Positions 25,727 to 37,236 of a DNA stretch of 64,000 nucleotides are shown piece by piece. How positions within the stretch are numbered: position 1 is the first letter of the stretch; each line of letters opens with the position of its first letter. The notes below the pieces were generated by a model. That model searched no databases. It had not been told where the DNA came from and worked only from the letters and a program-made list of their open reading frames with translations. The stretch comes from Polymyxa betae A26-41. Its lineage: Eukaryota; Protista; Endomyxa: Phytomyxea. The stretch covers positions 62,001 to 126,000 of the forward strand of contig RBZT01000125.1 of the NCBI GenBank assembly GCA_003693705.1, in the 5' to 3' direction. A program made the position numbers and the translations under genes.

Positions 25727-26001
25727 TCGTCGCTTTAATAAACATTATGCTTGTTCTGCAAACAATCCTGCTTATTTTTAGCTTCGCAAATCAAGCGCGT
25801 ACAATGACATCATAAACTGAATCCCGAAAAGCCGTCCTCGCCACAGATGATGGTTCAGATGACAATGAGAAGAGTGATTAGAAGGAGACAGTTGATGATA
25901 GAGATTGGAGCAGAGCGCAACACTTTGTGTCATTATGTATCAATAATATATACTGTATTTATGTGTGGTGCCTGCTGGATGGCAGTCGCAATCCGACCCT
26001 G

Positions 26002-27182
26002 ATGCCATTCCGCGAGCTCGACACTGTCGACTTCTTCGTCGATCAGCCCAGTGCCAAATCCAGGCCGGTGTCGGGCCTGAACTTCGACGAAGATAATGAT
26101 GGCGTTCTTCTCGATTGCCCGATCGAAAACTGGGATGCCAACGAAAGGGCATTGGTTCGTCAAATCGCTCGCTGATAATTCCTTTGTTTAATGCCGAATG
26201 GTTTTGGTTAGAACGCGACAATATCGAGTCAGGATAGCGGCGACAGCAATTCCAAACGAAGAGCGCGACGTCCTCCTCTAATCCGCAGGCCGAAAGCCCG
26301 GTTCCAGATACCAAACAATTCGTCATCTGAAGCTCAGGAGCCAAACAGATCATCTCAGACTAGGTACAAGTGTTATTTATAGGTTGCTCCTACTGATGAT
26401 TTATAGGTTTTCGGACGCTTTCAATCAATATTTAAACGAATATCGGAGTAGCGATGAGAATCGTTATTTATCATCCGAATCGAATGCAAATACGCTTGGA
26501 TTCATTAAAAGAATCGGATCCGAGGATGATATTCGCTCGAATGATGCTACCAGCCTGCAATCTTACCTAACCACCAATTCTGCACCTGATAGTTCAGATC
26601 CCATCATCAAAGTTTGCAGAACATGCAAACTATTTTTCCCAACAATCGAATCGCTGCGGAAGCATTCATGCACTGATCCGCCCATCACTGTCCATTATCC
26701 AAAACTTTCCACCATGAAGGATTGTACCAAATGCGGTGCCGAACGAAGAGTCGGTTACTTCTGCTCGTCGTGTGGCGCTCCTCTCTCATCAAACAGAAAT
26801 GCATCGAGATCGGCATCGGCTTCCAGCTCTCCAGCGCGATCGCTACAATCGAAACAGAAACAACGATCTGCCAGTGTTACGCCCGGCTCAGGTTTAAAAG
26901 GTTCTGCCGCATCTCGAAAGCAAGTTGCAATTCCTCGAACTCCTGATTTACAAAGGAGGAAATCTTCGGCTGAACTGGTAGCTTGCCCTCATTGTTTCCG
27001 AAAGTTCAGTCGCTCTGCAGCCGATCGACATATCGTATATTGATTCATTTTGTACATGATTTAGTTTAGCTAAGATTACCGTTCAGGATATTTGCTGCAA
27101 TGTGGTTAACAAGCCAAGTCCTGTAAGAAGAAGGCCCATGTCAGCTCCTTCCAGCGCCAGGCCTAAATCGAGCCTGCATTAA
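26002..27182 (+). CDS. C2HC zinc-finger domain protein (ZC2HC1-like)
   Basis: CRTC...HSC, CTKC...FCSSCG zinc ribbon, and LVACPHCFRKFSRSAADRHI/DICCNVVNKP (zf-C2HC_2 pattern). Confidence 0.75.
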
Positions 27183-27271
27183 ACTGTATGAAATTATACT
27201 GGTATCACTGGATATAGTTGTGAATGTTTAATAAAATATCTAACTATTCAGTTTTTGAATTCAAACTTTGA

Positions 27272-27815
27272 TCATGTCCATTCGTTTTCCCAATGACGTT
27301 TCATCTCTAAATCTTCTTTTGTGAGTACCTTACCACAGCATTTCTTGTATTTCAAGCCAGAATTACAGGAGCAAGGTTTGTTGGCAAATTTAGACGCCCT
27401 GAGAACAAGATCCGGTTTTTGGTCGTTTTCTAATACATCAGCTGCGAGATCAGCTGTACTTCGATATCGCCCAGAGGCCTGGTTACGGCGTGCTTGATCG
27501 AAATCTACCTGCCTGAGTTAGATGTCGAGAAGAGCCATAGCTAAGCTTAACCTTCGACAGACAAGCTACCAGGCAAGGCCTGTTGATTTCGATTAAACAC
27601 AGCATACCCAGAAACATCTTCTCCTGGCTCTTTCTTCCCAAGATTCATAAAAATTGCACATGCCAAAACTCCAATGATACCAAGCTCGCCAATACCAACT
27701 ATACACCAGGTGAGGTACAGTCGAAAAGAGCTCAACCCTAGTTACAGTAAACCGAGATGATGATCGTGGCGACAGCATAGGTCGCCTTATGCTTAACTAT
27801 TGACATCACATCCAT
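27272..27815 (-). CDS. SAYSD1: SAYSvFN-domain membrane protein (SAYSD1 homolog) with C-terminal SEC-C motif; three exons
   Basis: Hydrophobic hairpin, then IFMNLGKKEPGEDVSGYAVFNRNQQALPGSLSVEDFD; tail ANKPCSCNSGLKYKKCCGK. Confidence 0.85.
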
Positions 27816-28106
27816 TTTGGAGCACAGTATAGTAATGTCTACGCTTCGGTTTGCGCGAAAATGAATGCAGAGGAAAAGAGCAGCAGAGATGAGACAACAC
27901 CCTGCAGCTTATGACAGCAGCAAGGTATAAGATTTGACAAAGCCATTGGTACGGCGAGACAAAGATCTTTGCGCAACATTTTAATTTGTGAAGACGAAAA
28001 TTATTGACCAAGCAACGAAACCAACAACCTTATCAAAGAAAGACCTTGCAAAGAAGTCAAGGTAAATATCTTCAGTTTAATTAGGCCTATTGAATTAAAA
28101 AAGAAT

Positions 28107-29432
28107 TTAAATTAGGGAGCACCATCCAAACAGACGTTTTGCAGGGCGACCTTCCTTCTTAACCGCACGTGATTGATCACAAACACTAGGTTCTTGAACT
28201 TGAGGCTCTTCATGACTGTCGTTAGCCACGACTACTGCTTCAGTTGCCTCAGAGACTTCTTCGAGGACATCTGCAACTTTCGGGAAGTTTTGAATGATTT
28301 CCACGGGCCCTTCCTCAACCAGAACAGTTTCATCTTGCTTGACAACAACTTCAGTTTCCATCAATCCCATTATGGAATCCAGCTGCTGTTGGCATTCAAC
28401 AGAATGAGTTTCGATAACGACAAGCTCCTCGACGGGCTCAGGGGCGGCATCAAAGCTGACGCCGTTGCAGTCCGAGATAACATTGTCTTCTCTGACTTCC
28501 TGTTCGCCAACAGAGGCGACAGCGCAAACAGGAGATACTTCTATTTCGTCATGATCAATGGCTTTCTCCAGCTCGGCTTCTTCAGATGGCCCATCGGCAG
28601 GAACAGACTGCATTTCAGCTAGAATTTCATCTGAAGCTGATCTCACAGAGCCAGACATAGAATCTTCATTACTTGCAAGGTCGCTGACATCGCGATCGCC
28701 CACTAAAGATCCTTCTCCAATGATAGTCTGGGTTTCATCCTGCTCAGATACGAATGGCTGTTCTTCGTCAATAGGACGAGGCGAATAGAGTTCATCAGCG
28801 CCCTCTACATTATCAGCTTCCTTCTGGTGAGCGCCTTCGATAACGGGAATCAGTTCAGTTTGCTCGGGCGCGTTCTTGGTTTGATCTTCGATGGTCACTT
28901 CCGGCAGCTTTGATTCTTGATTGATGTCCTTCTCAGGGACAGCATCACTAACCTCAGCAGATCCTTTCATATCAGTGTGTGTCGGCTCTGACAAAGATTG
29001 GCTGTCCTCAGGAAGGACGTCGGCCTTTTGGTCGTCATTGTCAGTCCCTGAATGCTGGACAACAACATTTTCGTCATGCTCGGTCTTGTAATCATTTCCG
29101 GAAAGATCGCGATGCTCCTTAACTTCCGCAGGCACTGATTCAAGTTCGCCGGAATAAGCAGCGTCGTTCTCAGGCTCGGCCTTCAAGCCATCCGAAGCAA
29201 CATCTAGGCTGAGTTCTTGTTGATTAGGCGAAGCCTCCCCGGTTTTCTTCACCAACGGTTCACCCTCGGTCGCCAGCGGCTTCAGCTCTATGGCAGTTTC
29301 AACCAAACATTTTGCGGTACCTGAAGCCAGAGCCCTACCATCGGTTTTGTGATCGACGCCTGGAACCTTGCTATCGACATGCTGACTAGCCTGAATGGAT
29401 TCTGAATCAAGCTGCTGCATAGAGTCGACCAT
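28107..29432 (-). CDS. Acidic low-complexity protein, 441 aa, with C-terminal polybasic stretch and CaaX motif
   Basis: Single long E/D/S/V-rich ORF ending KKEGRPAKRLFGWCSLI*. Confidence 0.8.
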   Translation of the reverse strand: MVDSMQQLDSESIQASQHVDSKVPGVDHKTDGRALASGTAKCLVETAIELKPLATEGEPLVKKTGEASPNQQELSLDVASDGLKAEPENDAAYSGELESVPAEVKEHRDLSGNDYKTEHDENVVVQHSGTDNDDQKADVLPEDSQSLSEPTHTDMKGSAEVSDAVPEKDINQESKLPEVTIEDQTKNAPEQTELIPVIEGAHQKEADNVEGADELYSPRPIDEEQPFVSEQDETQTIIGEGSLVGDRDVSDLASNEDSMSGSVRSASDEILAEMQSVPADGPSEEAELEKAIDHDEIEVSPVCAVASVGEQEVREDNVISDCNGVSFDAAPEPVEELVVIETHSVECQQQLDSIMGLMETEVVVKQDETVLVEEGPVEIIQNFPKVADVLEEVSEATEAVVVANDSHEEPQVQEPSVCDQSRAVKKEGRPAKRLFGWCSLI

Positions 29433-29761
29433 GTTGCAAATGTGTGGGGTCTAAATAACAGTGTAAAGAACCGACCCGACTGTGTCCGAGGGGGCTGCCC
29501 CAATCTGGGGCGACCCCGCAACCCCTGCTGCAGTCATCGCTGACTGTGATAAACGCACATACAGCCCTGCTATCATTCAGGCATTCACATTTCGTCTCAT
29601 AGAACGATAAGCAAACAGCCCGACAAAGGCGATCTACTAACAGCAACCACATGAATGGCAGGAAAAACAGATTCGAATACACCCTGGCAAAAAATTCGCT
29701 GTCGATGCTGTTCTGCGATAGACATCATCTATAAAGTAAAATGAAATAAATTTGTATGGAT

Positions 29762-30238
29762 TTAGAAGCGCAATTTCTTGAAGAACCAGTTGACACCAGA
29801 TTGAGGCTTGGATCCCTTCAGGTAGCGCTCTTCAAACTTGGCCTTGACGGCTTTACGAGCGGCGATACGGGTGTCAGCGGATTCCATAGCGGAAGGCTGA
29901 ACCAGCGTGGAGACGTCGATATCGACCGTGTAACGGGTCGGCATCAAATGCTGGTAGTTGACGTATTTGATGAAGGGCTTGACCTTGGATCGCTTCAAGA
30001 CCTTGGTCTTTGACATCGACTTGGTGACCTTTTCTGGGTGCTTGGCGATACCAATCACAAGAGCGTGGCCGAACTTTCGCTTCTGTTGGCCATCATCGAA
30101 GGTTTTGACAACGACGGCCTTGCAGCCGGCATATCGGCCGGAAAGCAGGATCACGACCTTCTTGCTCTTCAAGCTATAATACAGGCGGAATCAGCAAGAG
30201 GCATACGGAGACGGGATGCCGACCTACAATTTACCCAT
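29762..30238 (-). CDS. RPL27: 60S ribosomal protein eL27
   Basis: MGKF/LKSKKVVILLSGRYAGCKAVVVK...KPFIKYVNYQHLMPTRY...WFFKKLRF; one intron after codon 3. Confidence 0.98.
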
Positions 30239-30428
30239 GGTAGGAGCGACCAGACGACGTTTGTGAAGGCTGAAATGACGGACCCCGTCGCGGACTTTCT
30301 CTTCGTCTAATCGCTATAATAGCGCCCGTCATATAATTCATTGTAATTTTCTCAGAACTTTCTCAGAAATTTCACTGCCCTATCTATACACGACCGACAA
30401 CGTCAAGACATGTGCAAATATAAGGTGT

Positions 30429-30734
30429 TTAATCAGATCCGGCTCCATCATCGGATTCGTTATCACCATCTTCTGGATCTTCGTACTTGGGTCGGGGCCT
30501 AGGACTGCCTCTATGCACAGGGATGGGATCAGGAGCAGCGGCTCGATTTGCTGGTTGTGGCGGTGCTGCCTGCTGCCTGACATTCGGTTGCGATCTGGCC
30601 ATCGGCCGGGGTTGGTTCGCGTTGGTCGCGGCGCCTGCTTTCGCTGGGGCTGGAACCGCACCTTGATTATCTAATAAACATCGAACGTTATTTCTCGAAA
30701 CCGAGACGATATCATATTAATTCCTACATCGCAT
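30429..30734 (-). CDS. Putative 82-aa Pro/Ala/Gln-rich microprotein with acidic tail (7-nt first coding exon)
   Basis: ATG CGA T|gtagga...ttattag|AT AAT CAA... gives MRYNQGAVPAPAKAG...PRPRPKYEDPEDGDNESDDGAGSD*; GC-rich coding-like composition. Confidence 0.5.
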
Positions 30735-31054
30735 TGGTATTTCTGCTGGAGCGCTCCTCAACAAACAAATCAAACAGAAAATGAGGTCTTTGCCACTTCT
30801 TTCGATCAAGACCACGTAAAATGGCGCGTGCCCCAAATCCTGGAATCCACTAGCAGGATTGATTCAAAGCGAAACACACTGCATAGAAGATCAACCACAT
30901 TGTCGCTATAAGCTAGTTGGTATACCACGACCACCAACAAACCATCTTAAATTTGGATGAAAAGCAGAATGTCTGAACACCGTAATTAGAGTTTTTCCAG
31001 AAGAGGGAACTTTAAAATAGGTTGATGGGTAAAGATTTATTGGAATCTGACTAT

Positions 31055-31714
31055 TTAGAATTTCATCAGATGAGGGAATTGCCCCTTGGTGAGAGAGAAG
31101 TGAGTCTTCAAGTACGATCGCATGATCGAGTTCTTGCCCATAGCGGTGATAATGGCAGAATCGACCTGGTTCTGGGCGTCCTTGCGCTTCTGGCTGACCT
31201 TCTTCTCTTCCTTCTCGGTACCGAAGAATTCCTCCGACTGCTTCTTGGCGCTCTCCTCTTTGGCGAAGAAGGCGTCATCGATGCTGGCGGCATCGACACC
31301 GCTGATGTCGACCTTGGTGGATGTGGCGATCACATAGGCCTGCGAGACACGTCGCAAAGGGACACCATTAACCTGGTATGGGCCGGTCACCAACAGCAGA
31401 CCAGAAGCCAGTTGCTTGACGAACACAACACGCTTGCCCTTGAAACGTCCAGCCAGGATGATCAAGACGGTTCCGGGGGTGATCGTTGAACGCAGCTTGG
31501 TAGGGTTCTGCTTGTTACGACGGCTGGGCAGAGGCTTGGCAATACGCTCGGCGGCATAGAATTTGGATTCCTTAACGGTGCAAACCGGGGCCACCTCTGG
31601 CGCCTTCTTCTCGGCAACGGGGCCCTTCTTGACGCTGAATCGGTGCTTCTTGAAATAAGCGGCCGATCGCGACAGGGCCGGGACGCCCTTCTTCAGCATT
31701 GCCAATTTCGCCAT
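31055..31714 (-). CDS. RPL6: 60S ribosomal protein eL6
   Basis: KLRSTITPGTVLIILAGRFKGKRVVFVKQLASGLLLVTGPYQVNGVPLRRVSQAYVIATST, FSLTKGQFPHLMKF; probable 5'UTR intron upstream. Confidence 0.98.
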   Translation of the reverse strand: MAKLAMLKKGVPALSRSAAYFKKHRFSVKKGPVAEKKAPEVAPVCTVKESKFYAAERIAKPLPSRRNKQNPTKLRSTITPGTVLIILAGRFKGKRVVFVKQLASGLLLVTGPYQVNGVPLRRVSQAYVIATSTKVDISGVDAASIDDAFFAKEESAKKQSEEFFGTEKEEKKVSQKRKDAQNQVDSAIITAMGKNSIMRSYLKTHFSLTKGQFPHLMKF

Positions 31715-32067
31715 AGAGGATGGATAAATCTGGACCACGACGGGAATACGAAGGATTAGCCACGGAGTCCGAGACGGACTTGTTGCTCAAAACATTAGAG
31801 CCCATTTCATATACACGAACAAAGTTTCTTCGTTTTAGCAACGTTTTTCAGTTCTTATCTCATCATAATGACGATCAAGTGGAGTATTGAATTCTCAATC
31901 AGCATTCCAATTTTCGATCAATTTGATAGCTGCTCTAAAATTGTGCAAATGTTTCAGCGGGTCGTCTCGGCGACGCTATTAAACAAAATTCTAAACTACT
32001 CACCGAATGTTCCGAATCATTTCTATCACAAATTTGCTCGTAATGTAATTCATACAATTTGAGCGGT

Positions 32068-32559
32068 ATGCTGAAACACGTTCCAATTCTATCGACGCTG
32101 GTAATTTTGGCCATTTGCGTCAGCCTAGGTTCTTGTAAAGGGCTGGCGGAAAGCGAACGGAAGCCGTATTCTAAAACCTATAAGCAAAGAGAGCTAAGTG
32201 CTCTTGGTGTCAACGTTATTACAGATACCAAATCGCCAGAAGGCGGAAAATGCCCTGGAGGCTCCCAAGAGGTCACTGGATTCGGCTGCTATCAGGGTCA
32301 TGCAAAAATTTGGAGTTCCAAGCTGTGTTCGGGAGCGCAAGATGCCTCGGGATCCAAATGTCAGAAGGAGTGCAGCGCTTGGGTATTAGAACAAGGGAAT
32401 CGAACTCTGGTTCCTGTAGCCAAACAACATCTGTGTTATATTCCTGAAGGTCCCGAAGGGAACGAGAACACGTCGGGCGAGAAGTGCCCAGCTACAAGAT
32501 TCGAGAAGAAAGGAGGCAAGTGCAAATGCTGGGTCTGTCTTGTTCGTATTGAAGGATGA
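32068..32559 (+). CDS. Small secreted cysteine-rich protein (candidate effector), intronless
   Basis: Signal peptide MLKHVPILSTLVILAICVSLGSC; 10 Cys in the mature part; AATAAA shortly downstream. Confidence 0.85.
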   Translation: MLKHVPILSTLVILAICVSLGSCKGLAESERKPYSKTYKQRELSALGVNVITDTKSPEGGKCPGGSQEVTGFGCYQGHAKIWSSKLCSGAQDASGSKCQKECSAWVLEQGNRTLVPVAKQHLCYIPEGPEGNENTSGEKCPATRFEKKGGKCKCWVCLVRIEG

Positions 32560-32756
32560 AGTTGTCATCATCTCCTGTGAGTTTTATCGATAGTGGTTCA
32601 AAATTTCAGGGAATAAAGTTGCTTCTCCTTGAGCAATCGTAACCATTATCTATAGCTGTGAAGAACAGCTACTTAGATTCGCACTTAAAGACAATGGCTA
32701 TGAATTGCTTAAACATTGTATTAGAAATCAAATAAGTAAATACATTACAAAGGATG

Positions 32757-35277
32757 TTAGATAATAGTGGACTTGTGCCTTTTCATCACCGAAGAGACAT
32801 GCTCCAGAATGCAGCAGAATGCAAATAGCGACGTTGCGAAGATGAATTCGAATAGGCGATAATGAGCAGACAAGGTCACGAAACAGGTAAAAGCAGCGGC
32901 CGTCCGTAGCCACATTGCAGATTCAATATTCTCGTGAATACGAGGCTTGCAATACATCAGGAACAAATGCACTCCAATTGGCGCACTTAAAACAATCTCA
33001 TTCCCGAAGATCCCGCCAATTCCAGGGCCAGTCTCAAACACTTTGCTCGCCCACGATAGGTTCCTGCTTGTCGCTAGTCGCTGCCAGACTGAAAAAACCA
33101 AGGTTGCTTTCAGCCCAATGACTGTGAGGTAAGCGCAAAGCACGAGCGCTTTGAAACGAGACGTAGGCGACTGCGCCATTCTTACAGCAAGCTGAATCCA
33201 AAGAGCAGCAACAAAAGGCCAAGGCCCTAAGCATAATGTTAAGGCGAGAATGAATGTAGAGGCGAGCCTTGGATGATTCGAGAAGACCTTCCTCCCATCC
33301 ACAGATCGAGGAATGCGCTGGAAAAATATCAGCGAGAAACGAACAGTAATTGTGATTAGCGTGAGAACAGAAAGACCAATCCAGAAGAGTGCCACATTCA
33401 GGATTATGCCGAACTTCGGAGCAGACCAGTCGTCGTCATAGGCGAATTGCGACGACAGCCACGAAAGCAATGGCATAGCGAAAGCGGCAGCAAGCGCCGG
33501 ATAGGGCAGGCGAGAGATCTTATAAAAAATGATGGAAACAAATGGAGATATCAGAGAAGATTTATCCGCCAGACGAAGCCCAGCTCCCAAACTGGCGATG
33601 AAATCGATACCAATAGAGATGTCGTAGGCATAATCTGGAGACAATGCCAACCGGCTCCGAAGAGACTTGGAGTTTCCTGGGTGAAAAGCGATCGTCGTTC
33701 TCCAGATATCAGAAGAATATGTGTTGCGGTACCATCGCAACTCGCCAGATGCTGGATGATCATTGTGAATAACCAGCACTTCCTGCATAATTGGTGTCGA
33801 TGAAGGCAAGGATTGGGCTCTTTGCCGAGCGATGGTTAAGGAGAAGACAGCGGGCAACAGGCCATTCCAAAGAGCTGCAGACCAAGGCTCTTGTATTGTG
33901 AAGTCGATGATGGCGGAAGAAGTAGACTGAGGAACTTTCAACGTAGACGACGATAATGAGCCGATAGATACACCAAGGTGCTGAATGCTGCCAAACGTGA
34001 GCGATTCTGGAGAGGACACAATAACAGGAAGGTGGGAATTAGCTGTAATCATGCACCTCCAGCCAGGAATATCTCGATGCCGTGCAATGAAATCCTTTTG
34101 TTTGCCTTTCTCATGATCACCAGCGTAAGGCGAAGGAATATCTATCAGTTCAACCGCAGACGAGTTCGATATGCTTGAACACGACGCCTTCGACAACAAC
34201 GTGGTCGGTGATAAAACACGATAGATACCGTCTGTAGTATGTTCTACAGAAGATTGAACAGATTTAGAGTCGACTACAGAATCCGTTGTTGTCAAAAAGG
34301 CTGCCTGTAGTCCTTCTTTGAAGACGAGAATACGCTCGGCTGGAGACGATGAGTTGGCCGAAGCAATAATCAAGCCAACGACAGGATCCCATAATTCTGT
34401 ACATGCCATAGCATCATCGTGACCTAAATCTGTCCAGACCCCTTTCATAGATGCAGTAAACAGACTCAGGAGATTATCATGCTGCTTGAGAATCCCGAAA
34501 GTGGACGGTACCAGAGTATCTCGATGACCACCGAGGATCGAGATAACGGCAATGCCGAGGCTCTCTTCAGCGACGTTATAAAGCGTCGTGAAATTGGGGT
34601 CTGTTAATAGCGGATGCATCTGCAATGGAGAATTGACCGTGATTAAGGCAGCAAGACGATCACTACGATCAAACGGCTTAGCCAGAGCAGCGCGAGAAAT
34701 AACACCACCCATACTATGAGCGATGAGAATCACCTCAACATCTGGGTGTAGCTTGTCTATAAATTCCAAGGACTTGCGAAGGAAATCAACTTGGGCGTGG
34801 GCGACAGCGGCATCAAAGGCTGAAGACCCCGAATTGAAATCGACGGCGTAGAGTTCTGCCCACTTCTTGGTGGTCGTGAAGGCAGCGGCGGTCGCATAAG
34901 CGATAGTATCGGCTTGCCCGGCGCCGCCATGATGGCCGTGGACGAAGACGAGGACAGCGTCCGGTACATTGGGAGCGGCATCCAATGCTCGAGCGTCCCG
35001 AATACGAATCAATGAGTAATGATCAGAGGGCCCAGAGCCTGAGAACATCCTCTACAGAATAAGTCAGGTTGCTAACATCGACTGGAGTTTTTTGTACCAT
35101 TCGGTTGGGGAATGGCGGCGCCAATGAACAATATCGAGGATACAACGACGACAGATACGATTCAGAGAAGACCGTCATTGATGCCATAATCCAGATGGCA
35201 AGGACGCCACCGCACAACGCGACGTACAGAATCAACCAGGGCGACAGGCGAAAGCGATGCCGCTTTACATTGTTCAT
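32757..35277 (-). CDS. PGAP1: GPI inositol-deacylase (PGAP1/Bst1)
   Basis: N-terminal TM, LVFVHGHHG, YAVDFN, lipase box ILIAHSMGGVISR, GGHRDTLVP, VWTDLGHDDAM.C, multi-pass TM C-terminus; one ~46-nt intron near 35055-35100. Confidence 0.88.
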
Positions 35278-35546
35278 CGATCGTCTGACAAGATGGATAT
35301 GGTGAGAAAACCCTTTGCAGGGCCCTATCAGTTCGGTCGTTAAACGACCGAACTGGCTAACAAAGGTTTGGCAGAGAAAGACAGGCAGGAAGCCCCGACC
35401 AAGAAAAGTGCGTCTCATCAAACCACTTTCAGTGAATCAGACCACATTCGCCCTTCGATCTTTCCGATTTCACCAGCCGGAGCCGGAAGTAGTGACACAG
35501 CCGTCGGGGTCCTTCCTGTAGGCAATCGTGTGGTCCAGTTTCGGGC

Positions 35547-37236
35547 ATGGGCAGTGCATCTGTAATGGATGCGAATGGTAATGAAGGTCCATGCCCTATG
35601 TTAAAGGTTTGTGTTCTTGAATTAGATCTGCATAGTGTTTTTGGTTGCTGGAAATGGGAGTTTATTGTCAGCACTCTGTACATCTTTGCTGATAATAAAC
35701 GACATGCATTTGACTGCGTTAATTATTGTGAGAAACGCGTTGCATCCTACGTTCAGCTCTCATAGTTTCCTTGGGTTAATATTGAGGTCGTTAGGCTGAT
35801 CGATATGGGCGGTACCTGTCGGTCTGATCATCCATCAATGATTTAATGGATTTGGCTTTAGTTCTCTGTGATGATATCGAAGCGCTAGGTAAGGACGCCT
35901 CTGGCGCCTTACATCAAGCCCAATCATCACTATTGCTCTTAGGCGTTGAATATTTCTTCGAATTAGCTCGTACAGTATGCGACCTGTCACCGACCCGTTT
36001 CGAGCAATTCTATGTAAGTTATCAACAGCTTTAAATCGCAATAACATATTCCTGATTGTAGAATGAGTTCCGCTCTCGTTCCACGCTGGACGCATCTGAA
36101 TTCTCTGAGCTGATCACAACCTATCTATCCGAGCAGAACATGATGGATTTGATGAATCGCGCTGCTGAAATTCACAGTACGATGCCATGCTGGCGATGCT
36201 TGCTTGCTGCTTAAATGATCTGTAGATAAAGCTCTAAAAACTTCATCGCTGAGCACGCAATGGTCGCATAACACAGCCGATGCTAATTCGGATCAGCTGA
36301 TTGACAACTTTAGGATCGACTTTATTGAATCGATTTTTGACGAATTGGATTTCGGCGCGACATTTCATTTTACTTGGAACGGTGCCAGCCGTTTAAATCA
36401 GATGCTTTCGTTGACTCGTTCTATCAGAGGTTGCTATATTGAGTGTCATATTGGCTCGAGGGCAAATTGACAGCTGGGCCACTGCTAAGCAGAATGCAAT
36501 ACAGCTCTTAGAATATTGCAATCGCACTGGTAATGCATTACTCTCAACAAAGCAATGATTTGCGATTGAATGTCTTCAGGTGCATCACCTCGTCTGACGA
36601 AGAGGAGTTTGAAGAATGCGATGAAGACGCTCTCAGCTTCGGAAGAGTTGCTGTCCGAAATCGAGAACTCGGTTCGAGTCATCACAGAGCGATGGAGTGC
36701 CGTCTTTTTCGGTTGTTCAGCGCTCTATCGATAGCGTATCTAATTGACGTTGACTTAGGAGATTTAACGCTGGCACAACTAGCTGCAGGTAAATCGGTCT
36801 CGGCATATGGGCATCACTTAAGCCTTAGGTTAAAGAACGGTTAGCGGCTAAGAATCGAAAAGCCGATTTTTAACGGAAGTTTTTAGGTTTGAAAGAATTT
36901 TTGGAAAAGTTCTTCTGTGGCCGTCTATATACAGTTCCTGAGCCCAGAATGGAAACATACGCCTCCAGCATGTTTCGATCATCTCTAATGATGTTCCAGA
37001 GGTTCAGTCAGGATTATCAGTACTCGGCCGAATATCTGAACTTAGAGCAACTTCTTCGAGATCCCGTGTATAGCTGCATTTCAAATGCCCTTGTCAATTA
37101 CGAGTGTATTTGCAACGAGATCGTTCTTGCAGTTAACTCTATGTACAGCCATCAAAATGACTCGATCAGGATGTTTGTTGACGATATCAGTTCACTGGAC
37201 GGTATTGTCAATCAAGCACACTTTGAAATCGTCTAA
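35547..37236 (+). CDS. Uncharacterized multi-exon helical protein
   Basis: Chain of + strand coding segments separated by GT-AG introns (ORFs at 35547, 35846, 36533, 36889); no recognised motif. Confidence 0.55.

Noticed and set aside
29756-31489. Long + strand ORFs antisense to RPL27 and RPL6
   Set aside because: Shadow ORFs caused by strong codon bias in highly expressed genes.
35023-35110. Apparent frameshift in PGAP1
   Set aside because: Resolved by a ~46-nt GT-AG intron.
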